Shown here in pieces: positions 35,742 through 45,831 of a stretch of 64,000 bases of DNA. Within the stretch, counting starts at the first letter, position 1, and the number at the start of each line of letters is the position of its first letter. Source of the DNA: Candidatus Latescibacterota bacterium (lineage in GTDB: Bacteria > Latescibacterota > UBA2968 > UBA8231); the NCBI GenBank assembly GCA_963422735.1, contig OY730476.1, forward strand, positions 4,736,001 through 4,800,000. The letters run 5' to 3'. Position numbers and translations under genes: made by a program. The notes below the pieces were generated by a model. The model did no database searches. It was not told the origin of the DNA and worked only from the letters and a program-made list of their open reading frames with translations.

Positions 35742-38700
35742 ATGATGTTTATTCCAAGCAGACTTTCAATGTGCATCGTCGCTTTAGTGTGCGGCTGCGC
35801 TGCGAGCGATTCGCCACCCGCGCCCGCAGTGCGCTTCGTCGATGCGACCGCTGCAGCAGGGATCGACTTTGTGCATACCAGCGGTCGGTCCGGGCGCAAA
35901 TACGGGGTGGAGACAATTGGTTCTGGAGCGGCGTTTTTCGATTACAACCGCGACGGGTGGATGGATTTGTACGTGGTCAATGGGGCGGATTTGCCCGGGT
36001 ATGTCTCGGCGGTGCCGCCGCAAAACGCGCTGTATCGCAACGACCGCGGACACTTTGCCGAGGTCGGCGAAAGCCTCGGGGTGGCAGACGCAGGCTACGG
36101 CATGGGCGCGTCGGTCGGGGACTACGACAACGATGGGGACGCCGATCTTTTCGCAGCCAACTTTGGCCGCAACCGGCTCTATCGCAACGAAGGATCGGCG
36201 ATGGCTTGGGCTTTTGCGGATGTGACGGCCGCGGCCGGGATCGGGGCGGACGAGCGGTGGTCAACCGGATCGTCGTTTGTCGATTGCGATCTCGACGGCG
36301 ACTTAGACCTGTACGTAGCCAACTACTTGCACTACGAATTTGAGCGCGGCGAGCTGAGCGCGGGCGGAACGCTGCGCTGGCCGCGGCGGCACTTGGCCCC
36401 CACCGAATACCGAGGGCAGCGGAACGCGCTCTGGCGCAACGACGGCGATCGCTTTGTGGACGCGACCGCCGCGGCTGGGCTGCTCACGCGCGAAGGCCGC
36501 GAGCTGGGAGCGGTGTTTTTCGACTACGACCTCGATGGCGACCCCGATTTGTTTCAGGGCAATGACGCCACGCCGAATTTTCTCTGGCGCAACGACGGTG
36601 GCCGCTTTGCCGAAGTGGGGCTTGTAGCCGGTGTGGCGTACAACGCCGGAGGCAAGCCCGAAGGCACGATGGGTGTGGATGTGGCCGATGGCGATGGCGA
36701 TGGTCGCCTCGACTTGGCGATGACCAATTTTCAGTGGGAGAGCAACACCCTGTACCACAACGCGGGCGGCGGGATGTTTGCCGACGAATCGCTGGCCGCG
36801 GGTCTAGCCGCTACCAGCTTGGACAAGCTGGCCTTTGGCATCAACTTTCTCGACGCCGACAACGATGGCGACCCTGATCTCTACGTGGCCAATGGCCACA
36901 TCGATGAAGACATCGACCGATTTGACCCACAGGCCGCGTACGGTCAGAGCGATCAGTTGTACCTCAACGATGGCCAAGGCCGCTTTGCCGACGCGAGTGC
37001 GGCCGCTGGCGTGGCCGCGCCGACGCGGGATTTGGTCGGCCGCGGCTCGGCCGTAGCCGATTACGACAACGACGGCGACCCCGATATTTTCTTAGTTAAC
37101 ACCGGGCAACGCGCCCTGCTTTGGCGCAACGACACCCAAGCGGGCCACTACTTGGCGCTGGCACTAGAGGGGCGGACAAGCAACCGCGATGGGTACGGTG
37201 CCCGCGTGGTGGTGCGCGTGGCCGGTCGGACGCTGGTGGCGGAAAAGCGCAGCGCGGCGAGCTATTTGTCGCAAAACGACGCGCGGATGTTCTTTGGGCT
37301 GGGGTCGAGCGAAAAAGCCGAGGAGGTGGAGATCGGGTGGCCTTCGGGCGTGCGCCAAGTTTTAACGGGTGTACGCGCCGGGCAGGTGCTGCGAGTCGTC
37401 GAGCCGGATGCGAGCGCACCGCAAGAGGCGGCTGGTGCAGCTCTCGCGCAGGCTACGCCCCAAGGCCGCGATGCCGAGGATCTGGAGCAATTCTGGCGGC
37501 AAGCGCCTTTAGTCCTGCCAACAAAGACGCGGGCTGCCCTGCCGCCCACAGCCCCTCTGTCCGAGTTGCGCGCCGCGTCCCAAGCCCAGCCAGAGATAGC
37601 CGATGTCCACATCGAACTAGCCGACGCACTTGTGCGCGAGCGCACGTACGACGAGGCCGAGGCCGCTTATCGCCGCGCCTTACAGCTCGACGCGGGCGCG
37701 TCCCAAGCCTACGTGGGTTTGGGCCGGCTTTACGCCGATCGCGGTGCGCTCAGGCAAGCGGTCGGTGCGCTCAGGCAGGCGATCGCGCTCGACAGCACCT
37801 TGGCCGAGCCACACTATGCCTTGGGCAACATCCACCTGCGCCAACGGCGTTTGGCCGCGGCTGTGCCGCTCTACGAACGCGCCATCGCGCTGTCGCCGCG
37901 CTACCTCCAAGCCTATTTCAACTTGGCCGGCTTGCACGCGCGGCAGACCGATTACGGCCCGGCTATAGCCGTTTTGCGCCAGGGCCTCGCGGCTCTGCCC
38001 GAGGAAGTGGAACTCATGCTGCAATTGGCGCGGATCTATTTTGCCCAGGCGCAATACGAAGATGCAATAGCGCAACTTTCCAGCGTGGTGCAAGCGCAGC
38101 CCGAACGCGCTGAAGCACGCGAACTGATGGCCCAGATCTGGATGGCGCGTGCGGCCGCGGATTCTGCTCGCGCCGCTTTGCAGCAGGGGTTGGAGTACGC
38201 CCCGGACAGTGCCGCGCTCTTGGGGCGGCTGGGCATCGTGCTCCTGCAGGAGGGCGCGGACGCCGAGGCCATACCCCTTTTGCAGCGGGCTTTAGCCGCG
38301 GACCCGGACCGCACGGAAGTGTACTATCACTTGGGCCAGGCGTTGTTGCGGCGTGGCGAGGCCATGCGCGGCCGCAAGCTTCTCGACTATTTCCACTCCT
38401 TGCAGCAGGAGCACCAAAAGTTGTTGGCCCACAAAACGGCCTTGGTACTTAATCCCAACGACGCGGACGCGTACTACAAGTTGGGTGCAGTCTATGCGCG
38501 GATTGGCCGCTACGAGGCCGCCAGCCAAGCGTACCAAGCGGCCTTGGCCGTGGCGCCGGGTCATCTCGACGCCCGCAACAACTTGGGCAACATCTACCTC
38601 CGTCGTCGAGCACTGGGGCTGGCCATTGCCGCGTACCAAGAGGTGTTGCGCCGCGACCCCCACTACGCCCGTGCCCACTACAATTTGGGCAACGCGTACC

Positions 38701-38828
38701 TGTTGGCCGGCGAGAAGGCCCGTGCAGTGGCGGCGTTTGCCCGAGCGGTCGAAGCCGACCCCGAACACCGCAAGGCGCGGCAGATGCTCGCCGAACTACG
38801 TCGGCGCGAGGCCCAAGATGAGCGCTGA
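35742..38828 (+). CDS. CRTAC1/ASPIC-UnbV lipoprotein fused to a C-terminal TPR array
   Basis: Lipobox VCGC; FG-GAP repeats; FGLG..WPSG; about 10 TPR repeats. Start 35742 or 35769. Confidence 0.88.
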   Translation: MMFIPSRLSMCIVALVCGCAASDSPPAPAVRFVDATAAAGIDFVHTSGRSGRKYGVETIGSGAAFFDYNRDGWMDLYVVNGADLPGYVSAVPPQNALYRNDRGHFAEVGESLGVADAGYGMGASVGDYDNDGDADLFAANFGRNRLYRNEGSAMAWAFADVTAAAGIGADERWSTGSSFVDCDLDGDLDLYVANYLHYEFERGELSAGGTLRWPRRHLAPTEYRGQRNALWRNDGDRFVDATAAAGLLTREGRELGAVFFDYDLDGDPDLFQGNDATPNFLWRNDGGRFAEVGLVAGVAYNAGGKPEGTMGVDVADGDGDGRLDLAMTNFQWESNTLYHNAGGGMFADESLAAGLAATSLDKLAFGINFLDADNDGDPDLYVANGHIDEDIDRFDPQAAYGQSDQLYLNDGQGRFADASAAAGVAAPTRDLVGRGSAVADYDNDGDPDIFLVNTGQRALLWRNDTQAGHYLALALEGRTSNRDGYGARVVVRVAGRTLVAEKRSAASYLSQNDARMFFGLGSSEKAEEVEIGWPSGVRQVLTGVRAGQVLRVVEPDASAPQEAAGAALAQATPQGRDAEDLEQFWRQAPLVLPTKTRAALPPTAPLSELRAASQAQPEIADVHIELADALVRERTYDEAEAAYRRALQLDAGASQAYVGLGRLYADRGALRQAVGALRQAIALDSTLAEPHYALGNIHLRQRRLAAAVPLYERAIALSPRYLQAYFNLAGLHARQTDYGPAIAVLRQGLAALPEEVELMLQLARIYFAQAQYEDAIAQLSSVVQAQPERAEARELMAQIWMARAAADSARAALQQGLEYAPDSAALLGRLGIVLLQEGADAEAIPLLQRALAADPDRTEVYYHLGQALLRRGEAMRGRKLLDYFHSLQQEHQKLLAHKTALVLNPNDADAYYKLGAVYARIGRYEAASQAYQAALAVAPGHLDARNNLGNIYLRRRALGLAIAAYQEVLRRDPHYARAHYNLGNAYLLAGEKARAVAAFARAVEADPEHRKARQMLAELRRREAQDER

Positions 38829-41265
38829 GCGGCGGCTGCAGCTCGGCGTGGGATTGGTGGCTGCGGCCACCATCGGCTATGAAATCGGCCTCGTCCGGCT
38901 GTTTTCCTTTTTGCAGCACTATCACTACACGTTTCTCGTGGTCTCAGGGGCGGTCTGCGGCTTGGGACTGGGGGCTGCGTTGAGTGCGGTGCTGCGGGTG
39001 CAGGAGGAGCGGCTGTACAGGTGCTTGGGCTATTGGGCTGGTTTTTGCGGATGCAGCATGGGGCTGGGGGCACTCGCGTTGGCTCAGTTCCCCCGCATGC
39101 CGCTGTGGATGTTGGTGGGGGTGGCCGGGGTGCCGTTTGTCGCAGCGGGTGCGTTGCTTGCTCTGGCGTTCCGCGCGCGCCATCGGCACAGCCAAGTGCT
39201 CTACTTTTGGGATCTGGTCGGCGCAGCACTGGGCATTCTGTGGATCGCGCCGGCACTGGAGTGGTTGGGAAGTGTAGGTGCGCTGGCGAGTGCCGGCGTC
39301 TTCGCACTCGCGGCGGCTGCGCTGTGGGTCGGCGGCTGGGGAGTATGGGTCGCTCCGCTCCTTTTGGCCGCCTTGCTCGCGGTCCAACGCGATGCTCAGC
39401 ATGAGCTGATTGACCTCACTGCCCTAGCTGAGGCCGGCGATAAGCCCATGTTCCGCGCCTTGGGCGCGGTGCGCCACCGAGGAGAAATAAAGGCCACGCG
39501 CTGGAGCGCGTACGCGCGTACCGACATGGTCGATCGCACGGGCGACACGGGCCTGAACTTGTATGTAGATGGCGGGGCTGGCTCGTACATGTTCCGCTTT
39601 CCCGAGGATTACCGGCGGCTGTTTTTCTTGCGCCGCGAGGTCGCGTTTTTCCCCTATTACTTTTCGCAGCGCGAGCGTGCCCTGATCATCGGGCCGGGCG
39701 GTGGTGCCGACGTGCTCTATGCACTGATGACCGGCTGGCGGAAAATTGAAGCCGTAGAGATCAACCCGGAGATCGCCGCGCTGGTCCGCTTATATGGAGA
39801 GTACAACGGCCATTTGTACGACTTGGAGGGCGTGGAACTGCACATCGGCGATGGCCGCAACTATTTGGAGCGTTCCCGCGTGCGCTACGATCTAATCGCC
39901 CTGCCCTTGGTGTATGCCGAGGCGGCCGATCTGGTGGGGTACGCGCTCTCCGAGAACTACCTATTCACCCGCGAGGCGTTTGCCGCCTATCTCGATCACC
40001 TCACCGAGGGCGGTCGGCTGGCTCTCGTAGTTCACAATCACGCGCTGATGTTGCGCGTGGTTGCCACTTTAGGGGCCTTGTGGGAAGAGCGCGGCCGCGA
40101 GCCGAGCGAGGTTCTCGACCACCTCATTGTCGTCAATGGCACCCGCGGCGATCCGGCGCGGCAAGAAGCTCACCGCCCCCTATTGCTGGTGCAGCAGCAG
40201 CCCTATACAGCCGAGCAATTGGCACGGCTACACGCGGCTATGGAGGAGTTGGGTTTAGACGCGTACTTTTCGCCCGGCAGGCGCGAACGGCCCGAGCTGG
40301 CGGCGTTGCGCGGGGCTACCTTGGCGGACTTTGTCGCCGCTGCCGCACTCGACATCTCGCCGACGACCGACGATCGGCCCTTCTTTTACGACGCTACGCG
40401 CGGGCTGGATTCCAAGCTGGCCCGGCTGTTGGTCGGTGCGTTGTTGGCGTGTGTGCTGGTGATGGTGGTGCCGCTGCCGAACATGCGCCAGCGAAGCGCG
40501 TCCGGGCCACCGCCGCTGTTGTGGGCGTTGTTCGCCGCCGGGTTGGGCGCGGGCTTTATGATGGTGGAGATCCATCTCTTGCAGCGCTTTGGCCTGTTTC
40601 TCGGCTATCCAACTCTGACGCTGGCGGTCGCGCTTTTTGGGCTTTTGTTGGGCACCGGGGCCGGGAGCCTCGCGGGCGGATGGTGCCGCCCGCTCGCACA
40701 CCCTCGGGGGCTGGGGTTGGTCGGCGTGGCCGTCGGCTTGGTCTGCTATCTCTACGGGTTCTTGCTCGATGGCGCGCTTGCAGGGGCGTTGGCGTGGCCG
40801 CTGGCAGCACGGGTGGGGCTAACGCTGGCTCTCGTCGCGCCGCTCGGAATGTTGTTGGGCACTTGTTTTTCGGCCTGTCTGCGCTTGGGTGGTGTGCAAC
40901 ATGCAGGACTCGTCCCTTGGCTGTGGGCCGTCAACGGTTTCTTTTCAGTGCTCGGATCGGTCGGGGCCGTGGCTTTGGGCATGGAGTGGGGAGTAAGCGC
41001 ATCGCTGGCGGTCGGCGCGGCTGCGTATGTGGCAGTGGGTATGGCGCTCTTCTTGGGCAGCCGTCGAACGGCTCCAGGTGCGGAAGTTGCCCGGCCGGTC
41101 GGCGCGGGCCGCTGGGCAATAGGTGCCCTGCTCTTGGTTGCGCTGGTGTGGTATGCGGCCTTTAGCTTTATCGGCGTACGCTATTGGGACGCAGCCCCTT
41201 CGGCAGCTCATCCGCGCCCGCCGGTTGCGGCCGAGGTTTGGCCGGACGCGCTTAGGGCCTTTTGA
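38818..41265 (+). CDS. Membrane-embedded spermidine-synthase-like SAM-dependent enzyme
   Basis: TM blocks flank IIGPGGGAD, VEINP, GDGR, ENYLFTREAF and TDDRPFF. Confidence 0.85.
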   Translation: MSAERRLQLGVGLVAAATIGYEIGLVRLFSFLQHYHYTFLVVSGAVCGLGLGAALSAVLRVQEERLYRCLGYWAGFCGCSMGLGALALAQFPRMPLWMLVGVAGVPFVAAGALLALAFRARHRHSQVLYFWDLVGAALGILWIAPALEWLGSVGALASAGVFALAAAALWVGGWGVWVAPLLLAALLAVQRDAQHELIDLTALAEAGDKPMFRALGAVRHRGEIKATRWSAYARTDMVDRTGDTGLNLYVDGGAGSYMFRFPEDYRRLFFLRREVAFFPYYFSQRERALIIGPGGGADVLYALMTGWRKIEAVEINPEIAALVRLYGEYNGHLYDLEGVELHIGDGRNYLERSRVRYDLIALPLVYAEAADLVGYALSENYLFTREAFAAYLDHLTEGGRLALVVHNHALMLRVVATLGALWEERGREPSEVLDHLIVVNGTRGDPARQEAHRPLLLVQQQPYTAEQLARLHAAMEELGLDAYFSPGRRERPELAALRGATLADFVAAAALDISPTTDDRPFFYDATRGLDSKLARLLVGALLACVLVMVVPLPNMRQRSASGPPPLLWALFAAGLGAGFMMVEIHLLQRFGLFLGYPTLTLAVALFGLLLGTGAGSLAGGWCRPLAHPRGLGLVGVAVGLVCYLYGFLLDGALAGALAWPLAARVGLTLALVAPLGMLLGTCFSACLRLGGVQHAGLVPWLWAVNGFFSVLGSVGAVALGMEWGVSASLAVGAAAYVAVGMALFLGSRRTAPGAEVARPVGAGRWAIGALLLVALVWYAAFSFIGVRYWDAAPSAAHPRPPVAAEVWPDALRAF

Positions 41266-41303
41266 GGGCGTAAACAAAAAGGACTGTTTAATCAGTGGTT
41301 AGG

Positions 41304-41435
41304 GGTTAGGGGTCCGTTCCATCCGCCCCCTTGGCGGTGGGTACCCGGCTACGGGCCCCGGAACATTGACGCGGGGGACCGCGCTGGTCCAGACGAGGGC
41401 TACGGGCATGCCGAGTGAAACCGGAATTCCCAACC
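41304..41435. ncRNA. Candidate structured RNA, family unassigned
   Basis: Complementary ends, three internal hairpins (one GNRA-capped) and a duplicated GGCTACGGGC, in a non-coding gap. Confidence 0.35.
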
Positions 41436-41507
41436 GTACACTAGGAAATTCCGTAGTTTTATAAGTATTGTCCCCATACATTCCCCGTTTCCTTCAGGAG
41501 AGTCCCC

Positions 41508-42173
41508 ATGAACGCACCCGCCGATTCCCATCCTCTCCGCTTTGACGTCGATTATCCCGACCGGCCCCTCAATCGCCTCACGACCTTCTTCCGGCTGTTT
41601 ACCGTCATTCCCATTTCTATCGTCTTGGCTAGCATAGACACCAGTTTTACTATGCAGTACTTCTCCGATAGCTTTTTCGGATGGGATCAAGACAAAGGCT
41701 GGAATTGGGGATATCCCAGTGGCCTCGGCCTGCTCTTTATCCCGATCCTGCTCATGCTGGTCTTCCGCCGCAAGTACCCTCGCTGGTGGTTCGACTGGAA
41801 TCTCGAGCTCCTGCGCTTCTCCTCCCGAGTTTCGGCCTACTTAGGGCTGCTGCGCGACGAATACCCCTCCACCGACGAGGAACAAGCCGTCCACCTCGAC
41901 ATTGATTACCCAGATGCCCAGCAAGATCTCAACCGCTGGTTGCCCCTAATCAAGTGGTTTTTGGCCATTCCCCACTACATCGTCCTAACCCTGCTCGGGG
42001 TCGTAGTTTTGCTCTGTCTTATCGGGGCTTGGTTCGCCATCCTTTTCACTGGGCACTACCCTCGCGCCTTGTTCGATCTGGTCGTCGGTTTCAATCGTTG
42101 GTGGCTGCGCGTTATCGCTTACGCTTTTATCCTAGTCACCGACGAGTACCCGCCCTTCCGGCTATCTGATTAG
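41508..42173 (+). CDS. DUF4389 domain membrane protein
   Basis: Two internal repeats LNR..F...IP / YPR..FD / DEYPPF. Confidence 0.88.
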   Translation: MNAPADSHPLRFDVDYPDRPLNRLTTFFRLFTVIPISIVLASIDTSFTMQYFSDSFFGWDQDKGWNWGYPSGLGLLFIPILLMLVFRRKYPRWWFDWNLELLRFSSRVSAYLGLLRDEYPSTDEEQAVHLDIDYPDAQQDLNRWLPLIKWFLAIPHYIVLTLLGVVVLLCLIGAWFAILFTGHYPRALFDLVVGFNRWWLRVIAYAFILVTDEYPPFRLSD

Positions 42174-42181
42174 GAGTGCTT

Positions 42182-43180
42182 ATGCCCGCCTTTTCCGGCT
42201 TGCGCCTTGCCGCCCCGCCTTCCTCTCGGGATGCTTGGGAAGCCCAACGCCCCGCTCTCTTGGAGGCCATGCAGCAAATCATGGGGCCTCTGCCCGGGCC
42301 GGAAAAGCGCGGGCCGCTCAATGTCCAACTCGATGAGGAATTAGACTGCGGCCTTTATTCTTGCCGCCTCATTACCTACGCCTCCGAGCCGGACTGTCGG
42401 GTGCCGGCCTATCTGCTGATTCCCCACGCCGCCCTAAAATCTCCGCTTCCGGCCGTACTTTGCCCCCATCCCACGGACGACCTCATCGGCCACAAGGTGG
42501 TCGTCGGTTTGGGTGGCCGCGCCAACCGCGCTTATGCCAGCGAACTGGCTCAAGCCGGCTTTGTCGCCCTCGCTCCGGCCTATCCCCTGCTGGCTGACTA
42601 TCGCCCCGACTGGCGCGCTCTCGGCTACCAGTCGGGGACCATGAAGGCGATATGGGACAATGTGCGCGGCCTCGATCTGCTGTCCGAACTGCCCTTCGTC
42701 ACAGGGCAGTCTTTCGCCGCCATCGGCCACTCGCTGGGTGGTCACAACTCGATCTACACCGCGGTCTTCGATCCGCGCATCGCGGCTGTCGTCTCCAGTT
42801 GCGGCCTCGATTCCTATCAAGATTATATGGACGGCGATATCACGGGCTGGACCAGCGATCGCTACATGCCGCGCTTAAAGGACTACGCACTAACGGACCT
42901 TCCCTTTGACTTTCACGATATGGTTGCCGCGTTAGCACCGCGCCCTTGCTTCATCTCCGCGCCTTTGGGCGACTCCAATTTCCGCTGGCGCAGCGTCGAT
43001 TCGGTGGTCGAAACCGCCCGAGCAGTGTACGATCTGTACGGTGCCGGCGAGGCCCTGCAAGTGGTCCATCCCGACTGCGGCCACGACTTTCCCGCCGCCA
43101 TCCGACAGCGGGCTTACGAGGTTATCGCCGAGGTCCTGAGAAGCCGTCTGAAAATTCCGGGTGTTGGCCCTTGGGAGTAG
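42182..43180 (+). CDS. Alpha/beta hydrolase (dienelactone hydrolase-like)
   Basis: VPAYLLIP, GHSLGG nucleophile elbow, APRP, GHDFP; RBS AGGAG. Confidence 0.88.
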   Translation: MPAFSGLRLAAPPSSRDAWEAQRPALLEAMQQIMGPLPGPEKRGPLNVQLDEELDCGLYSCRLITYASEPDCRVPAYLLIPHAALKSPLPAVLCPHPTDDLIGHKVVVGLGGRANRAYASELAQAGFVALAPAYPLLADYRPDWRALGYQSGTMKAIWDNVRGLDLLSELPFVTGQSFAAIGHSLGGHNSIYTAVFDPRIAAVVSSCGLDSYQDYMDGDITGWTSDRYMPRLKDYALTDLPFDFHDMVAALAPRPCFISAPLGDSNFRWRSVDSVVETARAVYDLYGAGEALQVVHPDCGHDFPAAIRQRAYEVIAEVLRSRLKIPGVGPWE

Positions 43181-44100
43181 AAAATTCCCCCTCGATGTCA
43201 CGCCTAAAGGCAGGATGAAGCGCGAGAATGACGGAGGGCTGATCCCTATAGCTTGTCCGAAAGCTGACACGCACAGACTCTGGGGGGAAATATATGGAGC
43301 CTTAAAGAAACTTCGTTTGAAGGATAACAACTTTGTTCTCATACATGACTTGAATAATGCTATGCTTAAAGCGGGTCCAGAGTTACTGTGGAACGAAATT
43401 GAATCTGAGCTGAAGTCGGAGATTCCAGACTTTCCCGCTGAGGACGTAAGCATATATGGCCGAAGCCGAAGCTATCAATTGAGCGAAGCCACTTGGATCA
43501 AAGTTAGTCACGTATCCGGCCGTATCTAGTTCGGAGTTTCTTGTTCTAAAAAAGAGCATGAAGACAAGTACGAAGAGCTCAAAAGAGCACTTGAGGTTGT
43601 GAGTGGTGGAGAATTAGACAATGAGCATCCTTGGTGGCGATATGCTGATGGAAATCTAAATACGAAGAACCCCACCCGGGAAACCCCTGAGCTGCTGTCA
43701 AACAAGAAAGAAAGAAGGTCGCGAGAAAAATCGTCCAAGGCTTGAAGGGGGTTTGGGAAGTTCTTTCGAGATATAGCTCTGGTGAATGCGATCAGAGAAG
43801 GGGAAAAACAGAGACTGTTTCCAAAGAACAGATATTTGAAACTTTAGAAAGTGTATCTTGAATTCAGAAACAGCTTCACGAGAGACCTCAGACGCATCCG
43901 AGACCAATCTATTAACTAAAGAGCGTGTCAAGACAGCGATAGAGCAAATTGAGAGAGTAGATGACCTTACAAGGGCAAGTAATGTCCAAAAGTTTCAAGG
44001 CAGCGGAAATCATTACCGAGTTCGGATTGGCAATTGAGCGAGGATACGGTAGTTTTTGTACTATGTTTGCCGCGTCAGGATATTTATCGATACTTCCCAT
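43181..44100. pseudogene. Low-GC fragmented gene remnants
   Basis: Abrupt GC drop; only short broken ORFs (e.g. 43161..43529). Confidence 0.4.
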
Positions 44101-44127
44101 AGCCAGCAATGCGATCTTCGCCTAAAA

Positions 44128-45831
44128 ATGCTCAATTTCTTTCTGCTCCTACTTCTCTTATCCGTCTCCCTCTACGCCAACCCCCACTTCCACGACGCCA
44201 CCCAAGAAGCGGGCATCGGCTTTGTCCACGTCAACGGTGCGAATGGCCAGAAGTTCGTCATTGAAACGGTCGGCCCCGGCGTCGGTTTTTTCGATTGCGA
44301 CGGCGACGGTCGCCTCGACATCTACCTAGTCAACGGAGCCGCCGTGCCTGGGACCGAATACGATCCTGCGCCGCAAAACGCGCTCTACCGGAATAGAGGC
44401 GACGGCACCTTCGCCGAGGTAACGGAGTACGCCGGCGTCGGCGACACGGGCTACGGCATGGGCTGCGCGGTCGGCGACCTTGAGAACGACGGTGACCTCG
44501 ACCTGTACGTGACCAACTTCGGTGCCAATGTGCTATATCGGAACGAGGGCGATGGAATGTTTGCGGATGTGACGGTTGCGGCTCAAGTCGGCGACGAGGG
44601 CTGGGGGGCGAGTGCTGCGTTTGCCGACATTGACCGCGACGGCTTCGTCGATTTGTACGTGGGCAACTACCACGATTTTTCCTATGCCAACCATCGAGTC
44701 TGCGCCGAGGGCGGCAGCGGCTTGCAACTCTACTGCGGCCCGGAGGCCTTTGATGGGGTGGCCGATGTGCTGTATCGGAACGAGGGCGACGGCACCTTTG
44801 CCGACATCACGGCTGCGGCCGGGCTGGGCAGCGCCGAGGGCAAGGAGCTAGGCGTGGTCTTCGGCGATGTGGATCTCGACGGCGACCCAGACCTGTACTT
44901 GGCTAACGACAAGGCCTTGAACTTCTTGTATCTCAACGACGGCACTGGCCACTTTTCGGACGAAGCACTGCTGGCCGGAGTTGCGTACAACGAGGATGGC
45001 GATGTCGAAGCGGGCATGGGCGTTGACATGGGCGACTACGACAACGACGGCGACCCAGACCTTTTTGTCACCAATTTCCAGTGGGAGACCAATACGCTGT
45101 ACAAGAATCTTGGCGACGGCACCTTTGTCGATGAAACTTTCCTCGCTGGGTTGGGCAAGGGCAGTATTGCCTACTTGGCGTGGGGTACGCGCTTTTTCGA
45201 TGCCGACAACGACGGCGACCGCGATCTTTTTGTCGCCAATGGCCACTTGGAAAGCGATGTCGAGCAATACGAGAACGCGACCTTCCCCCAGCGCAATCAG
45301 CTCTTTCTCAACGTTGGCGATGGTCGCTTTGAGGAATATCCAGAGGACGGCGGTGCCTTGTCATTGAAACGGGTCAGTCGCGGCGCGGCGTTTGGCGACT
45401 ACGATGACGATGGCGATATCGACGTGCTGGTGGCCAATGTCGCCGCCCGGCCAACCTTGATGCGCAACGATGGCGCGGGTGGCCACTGGGTGCGCTTGCG
45501 GCTAGAAGGCCGCGACAGCAACCGAGCGGGCATCGGCACCCGCGTCGAAGTCATAAGCGGCGGACAAATTATATCATATAAGTCATTGAAAAATAGTAAC
45601 TTATCCCCCCCCCCCCCCATCGCAGTCGCAAGCAGTCGGCAAGTACAGATAGACGAAGTACGCTCAGGTGCTAGCTTCCTCTCGCAGAGCGACCTGCGGC
45701 TGCACTTCGGCTTAGGAATGGACAAAAGCATTGAGCGCGTGGTCGTCTATTGGCCAAGCGGTCGGGTCGAAGAATACGCGGACTTAGGCGTAAACCAAGA
45801 GCATCTGCTCGTCGAAGGCGGGACCCGATGA
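44128..45831 (+). CDS. CRTAC1/ASPIC-UnbV protein with an in-frame insertion
   Basis: Signal peptide MLNFFLLLL; FG-GAP repeats; YCGPEAF shared with the 675 paralog; about 25 extra aa in the C-terminal domain. Confidence 0.9.
   Translation: MLNFFLLLLLLSVSLYANPHFHDATQEAGIGFVHVNGANGQKFVIETVGPGVGFFDCDGDGRLDIYLVNGAAVPGTEYDPAPQNALYRNRGDGTFAEVTEYAGVGDTGYGMGCAVGDLENDGDLDLYVTNFGANVLYRNEGDGMFADVTVAAQVGDEGWGASAAFADIDRDGFVDLYVGNYHDFSYANHRVCAEGGSGLQLYCGPEAFDGVADVLYRNEGDGTFADITAAAGLGSAEGKELGVVFGDVDLDGDPDLYLANDKALNFLYLNDGTGHFSDEALLAGVAYNEDGDVEAGMGVDMGDYDNDGDPDLFVTNFQWETNTLYKNLGDGTFVDETFLAGLGKGSIAYLAWGTRFFDADNDGDRDLFVANGHLESDVEQYENATFPQRNQLFLNVGDGRFEEYPEDGGALSLKRVSRGAAFGDYDDDGDIDVLVANVAARPTLMRNDGAGGHWVRLRLEGRDSNRAGIGTRVEVISGGQIISYKSLKNSNLSPPPPIAVASSRQVQIDEVRSGASFLSQSDLRLHFGLGMDKSIERVVVYWPSGRVEEYADLGVNQEHLLVEGGTR
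45605..45618 (+). repeat. C14 homopolymer inside a CDS
   Basis: TTAT-C14-AT, preceded by the ATAAGT...ACTTAT inverted repeat. Confidence 0.95.

Noticed and set aside
38353-38817. N-terminal extension of the 970-aa ORF (similar extensions at 15263, 32696, 35520, 45750)
   Set aside because: They overlap genuine upstream genes or intergenic DNA in a shadow frame; better starts lie downstream.
41304-41435. Assignment as hammerhead/HDV ribozyme, 6S RNA, c-di-GMP or cobalamin riboswitch
   Set aside because: Only fragments of each consensus match and required helices are missing; kept as an unassigned candidate.
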